From NCBI GenBank assembly GCA_045106895.1, contig JBGCFM010000232.1, forward strand, positions 1 through 28,440: a stretch of 28,440 nt of DNA, given 5' to 3'. Made by a program: the position numbers and the translations under genes. This stretch comes from Polyangiales bacterium (GTDB lineage Bacteria > Myxococcota_A > Polyangia > Polyangiales > Houyiibacteriaceae). Shown here piece by piece: positions 1 to 9,910 of this stretch (position 1 is the first letter of the stretch; the number at the start of each line of letters is the position of its first letter). The notes beneath the pieces were generated by a model. The model was given only the letters and a program-made list of their open reading frames with translations, was not told the origin of the DNA and ran no database searches.

Positions 1-1220
1 GCGACGATGCTGAGGTTGTCTGCACTAAATCGTCGCCTCACCGCGTCTGTGATGTTCGCGCGTTTGACGGCGCGAACGCGCCCCGGAAAGCCGCGTGGGA
101 ACTTCGCGTCTCGTCCGACGAACACGGCGTCGAGGGCGAGCTCGACGCGCTTCGCCGCGGTGTCTTCTTCGAGGCAGCGGTTGCCGATGAGGTAGCTCTT
201 GGCGAGGCGCACTTCCGGTGCGCTGGGCCCCTCGTCGAGGTATTGGTCGATGAGCTCCAGCTCAAGGGCTGCACAAGCGGCGGCGTTCTCTGCGGCGGGG
301 TGGGTCCAAAGGGACCAAGCGTCGCGCTGGGCGGACACCCGAAGAGACGAGTACGCGCCGTAGCTCCAGCCTTTGTCGCCGCGAACGGCCTGCATCAAAC
401 GCGAGGAGTAGAGCCCGCCGAAGACGCAGTCGCCGAGAACAAGCTCCGCGAGCTGAGGGTCGCTTCGTTTTGCGCTGAGACATGCGATGGCGAGCTGCGT
501 TTGACTGCGTCCTGGGCGGTGGACGATGCGAACCCGTCGGCCTGGCGTTGCCTTGGTGGCCGGAACACGGAAGCCGCTCGCTCGGCCTTTGGGCAGGGCC
601 CCGAAGTGCGCGTCGATGAGCGTCGCGAAGGTCTTCGTCTTGACGGCGCCGGCCACAGCGAAGAGGAGCTGGCTGCGGACGAGACGTTTTTTGTGGGCAG
701 CGATGAGCGAGGCACGGGTGATGCGTCGCACGCTGGCTTTTGTCCCGCCAATGGCGCGAGCGTAAGGATGCTCGCCGAAGAGGTGGTGGCGAAGGTGCAG
801 GGACGCGATGGTCGAGTCGTCGTCTTCGGAGTCTTCGATCTCGGCGCTGATGCGACGCTTCGCGCGTCGAAAGTCCGCGTCGCGAAGTGCAGGATCGACG
901 ATGAGGCTCGCGACGAGCTCCAAGAACGGTTCTAGGTTTCGCGCGAGCACCGTGCACTGAACGCGAAGCGCTTCGCGGCTGGCCGAGACGCTCATGCGTC
1001 CGCCGAGGAGCGCGATGCGTTCGTCGACGGCGCCCGGTTTGAGTGAAGGCGTGCCGCGTCGAAGCAGACGCGCCAGGAGGCGCGCCGCACCTTCGGCGCC
1101 AGGCGCGTCGCCGAGCGCGCCGGCCCGCCAGACGATGGCGAAATCGACGAGGGGCAGCGTGAAGTTGGACTCGTGGACGAGGGGAAAGCCCCCGGAAGTG
1201 GTTGTGAATCGAGCGCTCAT
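1..1220 (-). CDS. M16B (pitrilysin-family) peptidase, non-catalytic partner subunit; 3'-truncated by the window edge
   Basis: Not in the ORF track because it has no stop inside the window; translated by hand in parts. ATG at 1220-1218 overlaps the upstream TGA (ATGA). Begins MSARFTTTSGGFPLVHESNFTLPLVDFAIVWRAGALGD; ARLLARLLRRG replaces HXXEH; carries the M16 C-terminal R/Y motif SSRLMQAVRGDKGWSYG (~360-410); reads RRFSADNLSIV at the edge. Confidence 0.88.
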   Translation of the reverse strand, partial: MSARFTTTSGGFPLVHESNFTLPLVDFAIVWRAGALGDAPGAEGAARLLARLLRRGTPSLKPGAVDERIALLGGRMSVSASREALRVQCTVLARNLEPFLELVASLIVDPALRDADFRRAKRRISAEIEDSEDDDSTIASLHLRHHLFGEHPYARAIGGTKASVRRITRASLIAAHKKRLVRSQLLFAVAGAVKTKTFATLIDAHFGALPKGRASGFRVPATKATPGRRVRIVHRPGRSQTQLAIACLSAKRSDPQLAELVLGDCVFGGLYSSRLMQAVRGDKGWSYGAYSSLRVSAQRDAWSLWTHPAAENAAACAALELELIDQYLDEGPSAPEVRLAKSYLIGNRCLEEDTAAKRVELALDAVFVGRDAKFPRGFPGRVRAVKRANITDAVRRRFSADNLSIV

Positions 1221-2551
1221 GAATCTGGCACCACAACGACGGTGGTTCGGCGTCGTGCAACGAGGTAGGTCTGGGCCACGCGGCGAATGTCCTCTTGGGT
1301 CACTTGGCGGTACGCCTCGATGCGTGCGGCGGAGGCGGCGGGGCTGCGGAGAACAAGCTCGTCGAAGCCGATCTGCTCGGCCTTGCCACTGATGGACTCC
1401 ATGGAGAGCAAGAGCGAGAGCTCCGCGCGCGCCTTGGCTTTCTCAAGCTCGGGCCCCGTGACGGAGTTCTTTTGCACCTCCGCGACGGCCGCGTCGATTC
1501 GTGCGAGGGCCTGCGCGGCGGTCTTACCGGAACGCATCCCTGCCCAGACTTCGTAGAGGCCAGGCTCTTCGAAGGGCGGGAGCGAGCCGTAGAGCTGCGA
1601 TACCCACTCGCGTTCGAGGACGAGGTCCTTGTAGACGCGGGCGCTTCGGCCACCGAAGAGGATGTCACCGAGCACCGAGAGAACGGGCCAGTCGGGGTGC
1701 CCAAAGCCCGGCGCGCGATAGCCAATGGAGAGCTTCTCGGTGCTCGAAGGGAGAGCGATCTGAGCGCGTCGCTCCCGTCGCTGCGCGGGCTCGATGATGG
1801 CCTTACGTTTGGCGATGCGCGAGGCTTTGAGGGGCCCGTAGTAGGACTGAATCAAGCCCAGGGTGTCGGCTTCGTCGATGGCGCCGACGACGACCAAGGT
1901 CGCGTTGTTCGGTGCGTAGTACTTGCGATAGAACGCGCGGCATTCCGCCATGGTGTACGCGCGAATGTCACGGGCCCAGCCGAGGGTGGGGTGGCCGTAG
2001 CCGTGCTTTTTGAAGGCGCGCTGGTAGAGCACCTCGCCGGCTTTTCCTTCGACATCGTCGTCGATGTAATTGCGACGCTCACTCAGCACGGCTTCGCGCT
2101 CGGCTTCCATCGCTTCGACTTGAAAATCCAGGTTTGCCAAGCGGTCGGACTCGAGTGCCACGGCGAGCTCGAGCTTCTTCGCGGGCATGTTCTCGTAGTA
2201 CTGCGTCCAGTCCGTGCTGGTACCGGCGTTGTGCTCGGCGCCCGCGCCTTCAAAGAGCTCGTCGATGGCGCCGGCTTCGTAGTTCTTCGTCGCCAAGAAC
2301 ATCAGGTGTTCAAAGAAGTGAGCGAGGCCCGTCTTGTCGCCCACTTCGTCTCGGCTGCCCACACGGAGCCACGTCTGAAAACCGACCACGGGCGCGCTCT
2401 TGTCTTCAAGCGTCAGCACGGTCAGGCCGTTCGCCAGCTGCCATCGCCGAAGCGGCGCGCCGGGTCCAAGAGTCTCTTCGGCGACGAAGCGAAGAGCAGC
2501 ATCCTTTGGGGTGCTTCGATTTAGGCGCCGGACGAGCGCGTTGGGACTCAT
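1217..2551 (-). CDS. M16B zinc metallopeptidase, catalytic subunit
   Basis: Inverted zinc motif HFFEH in GLAHFFEHLMF, plus LANGLTV, NAGTSTDWTQY, ESDRL and YYAPNNATLVVVG. Start placed at MSPNAL (2551) rather than 2656. Confidence 0.93.
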   Translation of the reverse strand: MSPNALVRRLNRSTPKDAALRFVAEETLGPGAPLRRWQLANGLTVLTLEDKSAPVVGFQTWLRVGSRDEVGDKTGLAHFFEHLMFLATKNYEAGAIDELFEGAGAEHNAGTSTDWTQYYENMPAKKLELAVALESDRLANLDFQVEAMEAEREAVLSERRNYIDDDVEGKAGEVLYQRAFKKHGYGHPTLGWARDIRAYTMAECRAFYRKYYAPNNATLVVVGAIDEADTLGLIQSYYGPLKASRIAKRKAIIEPAQRRERRAQIALPSSTEKLSIGYRAPGFGHPDWPVLSVLGDILFGGRSARVYKDLVLEREWVSQLYGSLPPFEEPGLYEVWAGMRSGKTAAQALARIDAAVAEVQKNSVTGPELEKAKARAELSLLLSMESISGKAEQIGFDELVLRSPAASAARIEAYRQVTQEDIRRVAQTYLVARRRTTVVVVPDS

Positions 2552-2581
2552 GAATGGGCGAGACTGCGCCCGCGATGGAAG

Positions 2582-2618
2582 CCGGTCAAGGTGCCCGTTG
2601 TCCACGGGCCTTGTCCGG
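2582..2618. other. Imperfect GC-rich hairpin in the intergenic region (possible terminator or mRNA-stabilising stem)
   Basis: CCGGTCAAGGTGCCCGT-TGTCC-ACGGGCCTTGTCCGG; the arms pair except for a 2-nt bulge and a T-T mismatch. No U-tract. Confidence 0.4.
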
Positions 2619-2716
2619 AGCATTCGATTGAGAACTCTGTTGAACGCAAACGCCATAAGAGCGGTAGACGGGGCGCCTCGCTGACCCCGGCCCGTTCTTT
2701 CCGCTGGACCACAGTA

Positions 2717-4972
2717 CTACTCTGGTCGCGTGTACGTCGGCGCCTCGGGGATCGGTAGCGAGACTGTGTCGATAGAGAGTTCGTTGCCCTCGTAGGCCAC
2801 ATCTGATGTCAGGCGGGAGAGGACGTAGTCAGCGGCGTGGACGCAGGCGCCGATGGCGCACCCAGAGATCTCGCCCGCGTCTAGGTCAACGCCCGCGCCA
2901 GGCCCGACTTGAACGCCACAAAGCGTAGCGGCTTCGACACTGAAATCTGCGATGGTGACCTGTGCACCGTCGTACGCGCCGACGCCAATGCCAGCGGGCT
3001 CGCTCTGGCACTCCGGCATCGCGCAGGTGCGGGCTTCGACGGACTGCACGACCAATCCCTGTGCGGTGATCCGTGTGCCTTCGTCTTGAGCCCATATCGC
3101 CACCCCGCGGGCGCTCGCGACGTGCGCGTCAGTGATGTTGGCGTGACTTCCTTCGCGTGCATGCACGCCGACGCCCCAGCCGAAGGGTCCTGCGTCGATG
3201 GCGCGAACTTCGTAGTCTTGGACAGAGAGTTCGGAGCCGCGGTAGAGATCGATGCCCCATCCACTAGGCATGCTGACCCGCAGCCGTGTGACCTCGACGG
3301 TGCTCGCGAAGGCAACGAGTGCACGCCCGCCAGTGACTTGTGACCATCTCGTGTCACGAATGTCGATGTCTTCCATGGTCGCTGTTGAGTCGATGAGAAC
3401 GATGCCGTTGCCGGCGGTGCTCTCGATACGCACTCTCTCGAGTTCTGCACTTAGTGCGCCGTCGAGGATCACCGCGTTGGCCTCCGAGTTGGTCGGGAAG
3501 GTGTTCGCCCGGACGATTTCAAACGTGGCATCGACGAGGCGCGAGTGACCGCCTTGGTTGAACAAGCCATAGCCAACGTAGTCGCCAACGGTGCACCGCG
3601 TCACGTTGAGGTGGCCGCCGTTCTCAGAATAGAGCGCCACGTTGCCTTGTGCGCTGGAACCCGCTCCGTCGATTCGCACGTCAGTGGCTTCGACGTCACC
3701 CTCATTCGCAATGAGTCCGCTCGCGTCTCCACGAATCACGGCCCGGTTGATATTCGCGACACCGCCCATCACCGCCGTAACGCCGTTTCGTGTTTCTCGA
3801 ATCCAGATGTCGGACACGTCCAGTCTACCTGTTTGTGTCGACTGGAGCGCTCCCCAGAGATTGTCCTCGAAGACACCACCATTCACTTCGACTCGGCCGT
3901 CGCGAGCGACGAAGATAGCTGTGCCTTGCCCCAGTGCGCTCGGGCGGGTCGATGCGCGTGTCCCCCGCACGTGAACGCGACGGCCGACGACTACGCCGCT
4001 GTCGAGAACAGTTATCCCCGAGCCTCCGGCGCCAATGATGGTGATGTCTTCTAGGTCTGCGCGGGCGCCGTTCACCACGTAAAGGCCGGTCGCGAAGCCC
4101 TCTTCGTCGGTGCGCGGGTCGCGGAGCAAGACGCGGTTGAGGGTCGAACGACCTCCCGCGACGGCCACTTGGGGGTCTTCGGCGCCGGTGACTTCAACGT
4201 TGTCCATTTCCAACTCGCCAGAGAGGACGAGGGCGGCCTGGGCGCCGGGCCTTTCGATACGTCCGTTTTGCATGCGGACGCGGCCACCGTCGACGTAGAG
4301 GGCGACATCCAATGCAGATTCGATGGTGACGCCGTCGAGAAGACCGTCACCATCGAATGAGATCACGCCAGTTTGCAGCTCGGAGCGAATGGTTAGGTTC
4401 CGTGCGAACGTTCCTGTGCCGCCGAACTCCAGGGCAGCGGATGTCGCGTCATCGTCCCCACGGAGCACCGTCGCGGAACAAGAGCCCAAAAGGCCAACGC
4501 CCTCAGGGAGGTATACGCCCTCGGCGAACTCGCCCTCAGAGAGCACAACAGTAGTCCCCGCGCCGGCGAGCGCGAGTGCGGCGGCGATGGTTGAGAAAGG
4601 TCGGGCTTCGGACCCATCGCCGCCAGCTCCGGGACGCACGTAAAGAGCATCGCCGACGACGTCAGGGAACCCTTCCGGGCACGGGCTGCCGACCGGTTGG
4701 CATTGAGTCTCACCGGGTAGCGCGAAGAAGCGCGAGTCGCAGGCTGGGGGCTCAGCCGGTGGAGCGCATCCTACGGATGCGTTCCATTCATCGGGACAGA
4801 TTGGCTCCGCCGTCGGAGCAGGGGGTTCGGGCGCTTCGATGCCGGTGGGCTCGCCGGCGTCGGCGCCTGAATCCACTGACACGTCTTCGAGACCGCCATC
4901 GATGATGGGCAGGAAGTCGTCGTCGCCACAACCTACGCAGAACACGAAAAGCACTACGATCCAGCGGCTCAT
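2717..4972 (-). CDS. Lipoprotein with DUF1565-like motif and right-handed parallel beta-helix repeats
   Basis: Start MSRWIVVLFVFCVGC (lipobox-like), acidic/Pro linker, short Cys cluster, YVRPGAGGDGSEARPFSTIAAAL motif typical of the start of beta-helix proteins, then ~600 aa of G/V/I/D-rich beta-helix periodicity. Confidence 0.8.
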   Translation of the reverse strand: MSRWIVVLFVFCVGCGDDDFLPIIDGGLEDVSVDSGADAGEPTGIEAPEPPAPTAEPICPDEWNASVGCAPPAEPPACDSRFFALPGETQCQPVGSPCPEGFPDVVGDALYVRPGAGGDGSEARPFSTIAAALALAGAGTTVVLSEGEFAEGVYLPEGVGLLGSCSATVLRGDDDATSAALEFGGTGTFARNLTIRSELQTGVISFDGDGLLDGVTIESALDVALYVDGGRVRMQNGRIERPGAQAALVLSGELEMDNVEVTGAEDPQVAVAGGRSTLNRVLLRDPRTDEEGFATGLYVVNGARADLEDITIIGAGGSGITVLDSGVVVGRRVHVRGTRASTRPSALGQGTAIFVARDGRVEVNGGVFEDNLWGALQSTQTGRLDVSDIWIRETRNGVTAVMGGVANINRAVIRGDASGLIANEGDVEATDVRIDGAGSSAQGNVALYSENGGHLNVTRCTVGDYVGYGLFNQGGHSRLVDATFEIVRANTFPTNSEANAVILDGALSAELERVRIESTAGNGIVLIDSTATMEDIDIRDTRWSQVTGGRALVAFASTVEVTRLRVSMPSGWGIDLYRGSELSVQDYEVRAIDAGPFGWGVGVHAREGSHANITDAHVASARGVAIWAQDEGTRITAQGLVVQSVEARTCAMPECQSEPAGIGVGAYDGAQVTIADFSVEAATLCGVQVGPGAGVDLDAGEISGCAIGACVHAADYVLSRLTSDVAYEGNELSIDTVSLPIPEAPTYTRPE

Positions 4973-4982
4973 ACGCTTCTTA

Positions 4983-4997
4983 TGGCACGTGCTGAGC
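4983..4997 (+). promoter_or_regulatory. Possible sigma54 -24/-12 promoter for the 5099 operon
   Basis: TGGCACGTGCTGAGC: perfect TGGCACG and exact GG-N10-GC spacing, but the -12 context (GAGC) departs from the TTGC consensus. Confidence 0.3.
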
Positions 4998-5030
4998 CTG
5001 ACGCACGCGACGTCAGTGCACGTATCAGTG
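4998..5030. promoter_or_regulatory. Candidate regulator site: CTGACG-N7-CGTCAG palindrome plus TCAGT direct repeats
   Basis: CTGACG (4998-5003) pairs with CGTCAG (5011-5016); TCAGT at 5013 and 5025. GTCAGTGCACGTATCAGT is nearly identical to GTCAGTGACGTATCAGT at 11368-11384. Confidence 0.5.
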
Positions 5031-5098
5031 GGGTATCCGTCGCGTTTCAGTGGGCGTCCAGCCACACCGCTCCTCGAAGACATCTCCTTTGAGGAAAC

Positions 5099-6295
5099 AT
5101 GATGAACCGATACAGAATACCACTCCTAGCATCTCTCTTGTTCTTTGCTTTCGCGTGTGAGGAACCCGGCGACCTCCCGATCATGGATGCTGGCTTAACG
5201 ATGGACGCGTTCGGCCAGAACGACGCGGGTTTTGATGGATCGCTAGTGGACGCTTCCGGCGAGGACCACGACGCTGGGACTCCCGATGTCCCTGACGTCC
5301 CTGAGGTCTGCATGCCCGACTGCGATGGACGAAGCTGCGGTGGGGACGGATGCGGTGGAATTTGTGGCGCTTGTGGCGGGGGCGCGGCGTGTATGGCCGG
5401 TGCTTGCATCAACGCTTGCCCGCCCAACAGCAGCCCATCCGGCGACGAGTGCGCGTGCAATGCAGGATATACCGTTGGACCCACCTGCAGTTCATGCATT
5501 CCGGACCCTGACGGCAACCGCTGCCCGGCGAATGCGCATGTGGAGTCCGGACGCTGTGCTTGCAATGTCGGCTACGTGCCCGACGCCTGCGCGTGCGTAC
5601 CTGAGCCGCCCACGATGTGCCCCCCGGGCGAGGCGGACTACTGCGGCACCTGTATCAGCGACGCCGATGGTGATGGCTGTCCGGCGAACGCTGCACCAGG
5701 CGCGGACGGTTGCGCGTGCAACAGTGGCTACCGGTTTGATGCTTCGGGCTGCCTTTGCGAGGTCGAGCCTCCCTCGTATACCCATCCGGCGTTCGAGAGC
5801 GATTCGTGCACAGGCCCGCTGATGACCTTCGAAGAAGCCACCACACGACATGCGGATGACCGTGTGCTCGGCGCCTACCAGATGATTTTTCGCGAACGAA
5901 CATGCGATGGCGATCGTTGTTCTCCGTGGGAGCAAGTCTCACTTCGTGACATTCCCTGGGCGACACAGGCGAGCGGCGTTGCACGACTCGCGTCGATCTC
6001 AGGTGAGATGAACGTTGACCTCCAAACCGGCAGCTGCACGCACCACCACTATCTGAACAACTCAAGCTACATGGTCGGCGCGCGCTGCTCCGGCATCGGT
6101 GCCGAGCTTGTGTGCGGCGGCTACAGCTATCCCGGTAGTGTCTGTCGCGGTTACAGCGAAGACTCCGACGCCTATCCGATTCTCGGACGCTCCCTTCGTT
6201 TCTTCGGTCAGCTTCGCCAAGGCTGCCTGCAGATGCGTGCCGATGTGTCCCGCGGGAATGTCGAGGTCCAAGCCGCGATTCTGGTGACGCTATGA
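5099..6295 (+). CDS. Cys-rich lipoprotein with three EGF-like repeats
   Basis: GAGGA RBS at 5091-5095; signal peptide ending FAFAC; DAG linker; CMPDCDGRSCGGDGCGGICGAC motif; three CPxN...CACNxGY repeats; unknown C-terminal domain. Confidence 0.8.
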   Translation: MMNRYRIPLLASLLFFAFACEEPGDLPIMDAGLTMDAFGQNDAGFDGSLVDASGEDHDAGTPDVPDVPEVCMPDCDGRSCGGDGCGGICGACGGGAACMAGACINACPPNSSPSGDECACNAGYTVGPTCSSCIPDPDGNRCPANAHVESGRCACNVGYVPDACACVPEPPTMCPPGEADYCGTCISDADGDGCPANAAPGADGCACNSGYRFDASGCLCEVEPPSYTHPAFESDSCTGPLMTFEEATTRHADDRVLGAYQMIFRERTCDGDRCSPWEQVSLRDIPWATQASGVARLASISGEMNVDLQTGSCTHHHYLNNSSYMVGARCSGIGAELVCGGYSYPGSVCRGYSEDSDAYPILGRSLRFFGQLRQGCLQMRADVSRGNVEVQAAILVTL

Positions 6296-7167
6296 GTCGC
6301 GTGATCTACGCCGTTGCGATTCTTGTCCTCACCGGATGCACTCCGAGTATGCGCAGTGTCGGTCCTGCGCTGCAGCATCAAACCGGCGTACAAGCGTCAT
6401 CGAATGCTGGTGCGATTCTTCAGGCGCTTCAGAGGTTACGCTACGAAGTGGTGGCGCATACGCCGCCGACGATTACAGCGATTTACCGACGTCGTGCTCA
6501 GGTCTTTCGAGTCCGCATCGACTACGGTGACGGTGGTTATCAAATCAGCCTCGTCGACAGCGCCGGCATGAACCAGGGGGTCGATCGACAGACGGGAGTG
6601 ATGATGATCAGTGGACGCTACCACCGCTACGTGCGTAAGCTCGACATCTGGATCGGCCGTATGCTCGAACGCGGCGGCGGCGGCGGAGGTAGTTCCGGTG
6701 GGTCGATGATCGCCAACGAGCGGAGCATTCCTCTGAGTTACGCGACTTCCCTCGGGACCGTAGAGCGCGCACTCGTTCTATCAGGGTTCGAAGTCGAAAC
6801 GCGCCGCGACGACGGCGGGTTTATCACCACGGCCTACGTCGACTCAGGTCAGGGGTACGGTCGAATCGACGGCGACGACGCCACGGTTCACCAACGCTTC
6901 ACCATCGTGCTCTCCTCGACTCAGGTGCGGGTGCGAATGGACCTGAGGAAGTGCGCTACTGGGGGGATCTTCATTACCTCGACTCTCGGTCGTGCAGCGA
7001 TGACGGGACGTTGTGAGCCGATGGACCTTCCCGCCGACCGGGGTCTCCGAGGACGGGTTCGGCGAGAACTGGTCGCGCCTTTCGAACGACTGCTCCAAGC
7101 CATCGAGCGCGAGATTCACAGCGAGGCGCCTCCCGAGGTTGGCGCTGGCGCTGTGTTAGATGTCTAG
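6292..7167 (+). CDS. Hypothetical two-domain lipoprotein
   Basis: ATGA overlap with the previous gene; lipobox LTGC; two alpha/beta domains separated by a GGGGGGSSGGS linker. Confidence 0.75.
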   Translation: MSRVIYAVAILVLTGCTPSMRSVGPALQHQTGVQASSNAGAILQALQRLRYEVVAHTPPTITAIYRRRAQVFRVRIDYGDGGYQISLVDSAGMNQGVDRQTGVMMISGRYHRYVRKLDIWIGRMLERGGGGGGSSGGSMIANERSIPLSYATSLGTVERALVLSGFEVETRRDDGGFITTAYVDSGQGYGRIDGDDATVHQRFTIVLSSTQVRVRMDLRKCATGGIFITSTLGRAAMTGRCEPMDLPADRGLRGRVRRELVAPFERLLQAIEREIHSEAPPEVGAGAVLDV

Positions 7168-7285
7168 CCAATGCGTGATTCGGCGCCGGCCCCCTCGTCG
7201 TCGAATCTTCGTCTCCCTTCGCGATACTGAATCCGCCGCACGGCCTGCTTGGCAGTACACCCTTCGCGAGTATGCTGCGTTCACC

Positions 7286-9910
7286 ATGGCTTTTCCCGTC
7301 ACAGGAATGTTCGGTCGCGACGAGGAGCTAGAATGGCTCCGAGCGCGGCTCGCCGATGGCGCGCAGCTAGTGACGCTGACCGGACCGCCGGGCATTGGTA
7401 AGACCCATCTCGCTCGGACGTTCGCCGGCGGCTTCGGGAAGGAAGCCCTCTTCTGTGAGGCCATGCACGCCACGGATGCTGACTCGCTTTGCCTCAGTAT
7501 TGCCCGTTCCCTCAAGCTCTCGTTGGGGCAAGACAGCTCCACGGAATCGCGCGCAGCGATACTCGGTCGAGCCCTCGCGAACTATAAGCTCATCGTTCTC
7601 GATAACTTGGAACACATCATCTCGGAATCCGCTCCGCTGATTCGAGGGTGGCTTGGTGCGGGTACTCAAATTTTGGTTACCTCGCGCAACGCCTTGGCGG
7701 TCCGCGGCGAACGCTTGCTGGAACTTCGTCCCTTGGAAGAGGACGCTGCGGTCCAGCTTTTCGAAGAGCGCGTGCGTCAACTTCGGCCGGACTTTGAGCT
7801 TGAAGGAGTCCTCGAAAGCGTTCGCTCAATCACGAAGGAACTTGACGGCGTCCCTCTCGCCTTGGAGCTCGCCGCAGGCCGCAGTCGGGTACTTTCTCCG
7901 GCGGAATTGCTTGAACGGCTCCGGGATCGCTTTGCGCTCCTTCGTTCGCGCGAGCGATTTGGACAGTGGTCGACTTTGGAGCAGGCCATCGATTGGTCAT
8001 GGCAGCTCTTGTCGGACGAGGAGCAGCAAACGGCGGCGGAGTGCACGCTTTTTCGCGGGTCTTTCGACGTCGCCGCCGCGGAGGCAGTGCTGCGGGGCGA
8101 CCGTGTCCTCGATGGCATCGACGGCCTCCGTGACAAGTCCATGCTCGTCACGACGGGAGACGACCGTCTGCGGCTAAGCATGCTCTCGAGCATCCGTGCG
8201 TTTTGTGCCGAGAAGCTCGTGACGGAACAGCGTGCGGAGCTGCGTATTCGCCATGCTGAGTACTTCGCCGACCTTGCCAACCGTTTTACGCCAGGCGCGG
8301 ATTTGGGCCATCTGCCTAGCGTTCAAGCTCTCGCGGACTGCCAAGAGGATCTCCGCGCCGTCGTCAACCGCTATGGCGACTCGGATTCGGATGAACACAG
8401 ACGTCTCGTAGGTTCGTGTCTCCTTGGGTCGACAGCTCTCGTGGAGACTCAGGGTGTCCCCACATGGCTCGAACTCGCGTTCGACGGGGCTCTTCAGCAG
8501 GGCGTGCACTCTTCGGGGGCTGAATCGCCGACTGCCGACGTCGCGGCCATTGAGCTCAGGGCGAAACTCTACTTGGAGCGCTCGACACTTCGCCGACTGC
8601 GAGGCGCCCTCGAGTTGAGCCGCGCGGACGCTGAACTGGCGCTGGGCCTGTGCGAGCCGAGCTCCTCCCTTGCGGGTCGCGTTCATCGGCGCCTCGGCAT
8701 GCTCGATGTTGATTCGGGAGACCTCGAGGCCGCTTCGGAACGACTTCGACATGCCCGCGAACTCTTCATCGCCGCGGGCGATGAGCGCTCTCTTGGCGTG
8801 GCTTCTACTTCCTTAGCGCGCGCTCTGTACGCTGCCGGCGAGCACGAAGAAGCCGAAGCGCTTTGCAAGACGGCGCTCGCACTCCACGCCACCGCGGAAC
8901 TCACGGTGTGGGAGGGGCTCACGCACGGGTACCTCGCGTACATCTGTATGGATGCGACCCGCTACGAAGAAGCGGAGTCTCATCTGGAGCGGTCCGTTGG
9001 GCTATTTCGCACCCTGAGAAGCGATTCTTATGAGGCGGCATTCCTTGGACTCTTAGGAACGCTTCATCACCTCCAGAGTAGGCTCGATACCGCGCTATCC
9101 AACTTCGTGCAGGCTCGGGAAGCGATGGAACGGGGCGGACGGCGCAGACTTGCCGCAATTCATCGTGGCAACGAAGGTATCGTTCTGACCGAACTGAACC
9201 GAACGCTAGATGCCAAGAAGTGTCTCGAGCACGCCATCGCGGAATTGAAAGCGGTGGGAGATGAAACGAGCGCAGAGTTCTTCGTGGCCCACGCCGCGGG
9301 ATGCGCCGTCGCCGCCGGCGATACGAACCAAGCGGAGCGACTTCTTGCGTCGACGAGCGCGCAGAGCCCCAGTGTGAGTGGTGAGCTCCTCGCGCTGCAG
9401 CGAGCGAAGCTGGGTGTCATCAAAGCGCCGACAGCTTCCGAGGCGCACGGCGTTGCGGTTGAGGCCCTGCGAGAAGAGCTTGCTCGTCTTGAAGCCGACT
9501 CACGTGGTGACGTACGCATTGCCTGCCGGCAGGCAACGGATTTTGTCAATGCGCTAGAGCGCATCAGCGCCAAGCTGCGTGTTGCGCGCGATGGCAGTTG
9601 GTTCGAGGTCGCGGGTGTTCGTTATGACCTACGTTCGCGTGAAGTGCTCTCACGCATGGTCCTCGCGCTTACGTCGGCAAGGCTCTCTGGTGGTGGCCTG
9701 ACTGCCGCGGCGCTCATCGCCGCGACTTGGCCTGGCGAGCGGATGGCGGAGGCCTCGGCCACCAGCCGTCTACATTCAACGGTGCGACGCGTTCGAAAGA
9801 TGGGGCTCGCGGAGATGATTGTGCACGAGCACGGCGAGTACCGAGTGAGCGAAGAGACCACCGTTGCATGGGCAGAAGAAGGCGGAGCGGGAGCGGGTGC
9901 TGACGCCTAG
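7286..9910 (+). CDS. STAND-class (NB-ARC-like) ATPase with TPR repeats and a C-terminal winged-helix domain; probable transcriptional regulator
   Basis: FGRDEEL, Walker A GPPGIGKT, Walker B LIVLDNLE, ILVTSR, LDGVPLALELAA, IDWSWQLL; helical repeats; C-terminal LIAATWPGE...RLHSTVRRVRK...GEYRV resembles an OmpR/SARP wHTH. Start probably 7286 or 7307 rather than 7160. Confidence 0.85.
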   Translation: MAFPVTGMFGRDEELEWLRARLADGAQLVTLTGPPGIGKTHLARTFAGGFGKEALFCEAMHATDADSLCLSIARSLKLSLGQDSSTESRAAILGRALANYKLIVLDNLEHIISESAPLIRGWLGAGTQILVTSRNALAVRGERLLELRPLEEDAAVQLFEERVRQLRPDFELEGVLESVRSITKELDGVPLALELAAGRSRVLSPAELLERLRDRFALLRSRERFGQWSTLEQAIDWSWQLLSDEEQQTAAECTLFRGSFDVAAAEAVLRGDRVLDGIDGLRDKSMLVTTGDDRLRLSMLSSIRAFCAEKLVTEQRAELRIRHAEYFADLANRFTPGADLGHLPSVQALADCQEDLRAVVNRYGDSDSDEHRRLVGSCLLGSTALVETQGVPTWLELAFDGALQQGVHSSGAESPTADVAAIELRAKLYLERSTLRRLRGALELSRADAELALGLCEPSSSLAGRVHRRLGMLDVDSGDLEAASERLRHARELFIAAGDERSLGVASTSLARALYAAGEHEEAEALCKTALALHATAELTVWEGLTHGYLAYICMDATRYEEAESHLERSVGLFRTLRSDSYEAAFLGLLGTLHHLQSRLDTALSNFVQAREAMERGGRRRLAAIHRGNEGIVLTELNRTLDAKKCLEHAIAELKAVGDETSAEFFVAHAAGCAVAAGDTNQAERLLASTSAQSPSVSGELLALQRAKLGVIKAPTASEAHGVAVEALREELARLEADSRGDVRIACRQATDFVNALERISAKLRVARDGSWFEVAGVRYDLRSREVLSRMVLALTSARLSGGGLTAAALIAATWPGERMAEASATSRLHSTVRRVRKMGLAEMIVHEHGEYRVSEETTVAWAEEGGAGAGADA

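Noticed and set aside
243..2524. Long plus-strand ORFs 243-935 and 1295-2524, and minus-strand ORF 262-1260
   Set aside because: Antisense or off-frame shadows of the M16 genes, expected in GC-rich DNA; no motifs.
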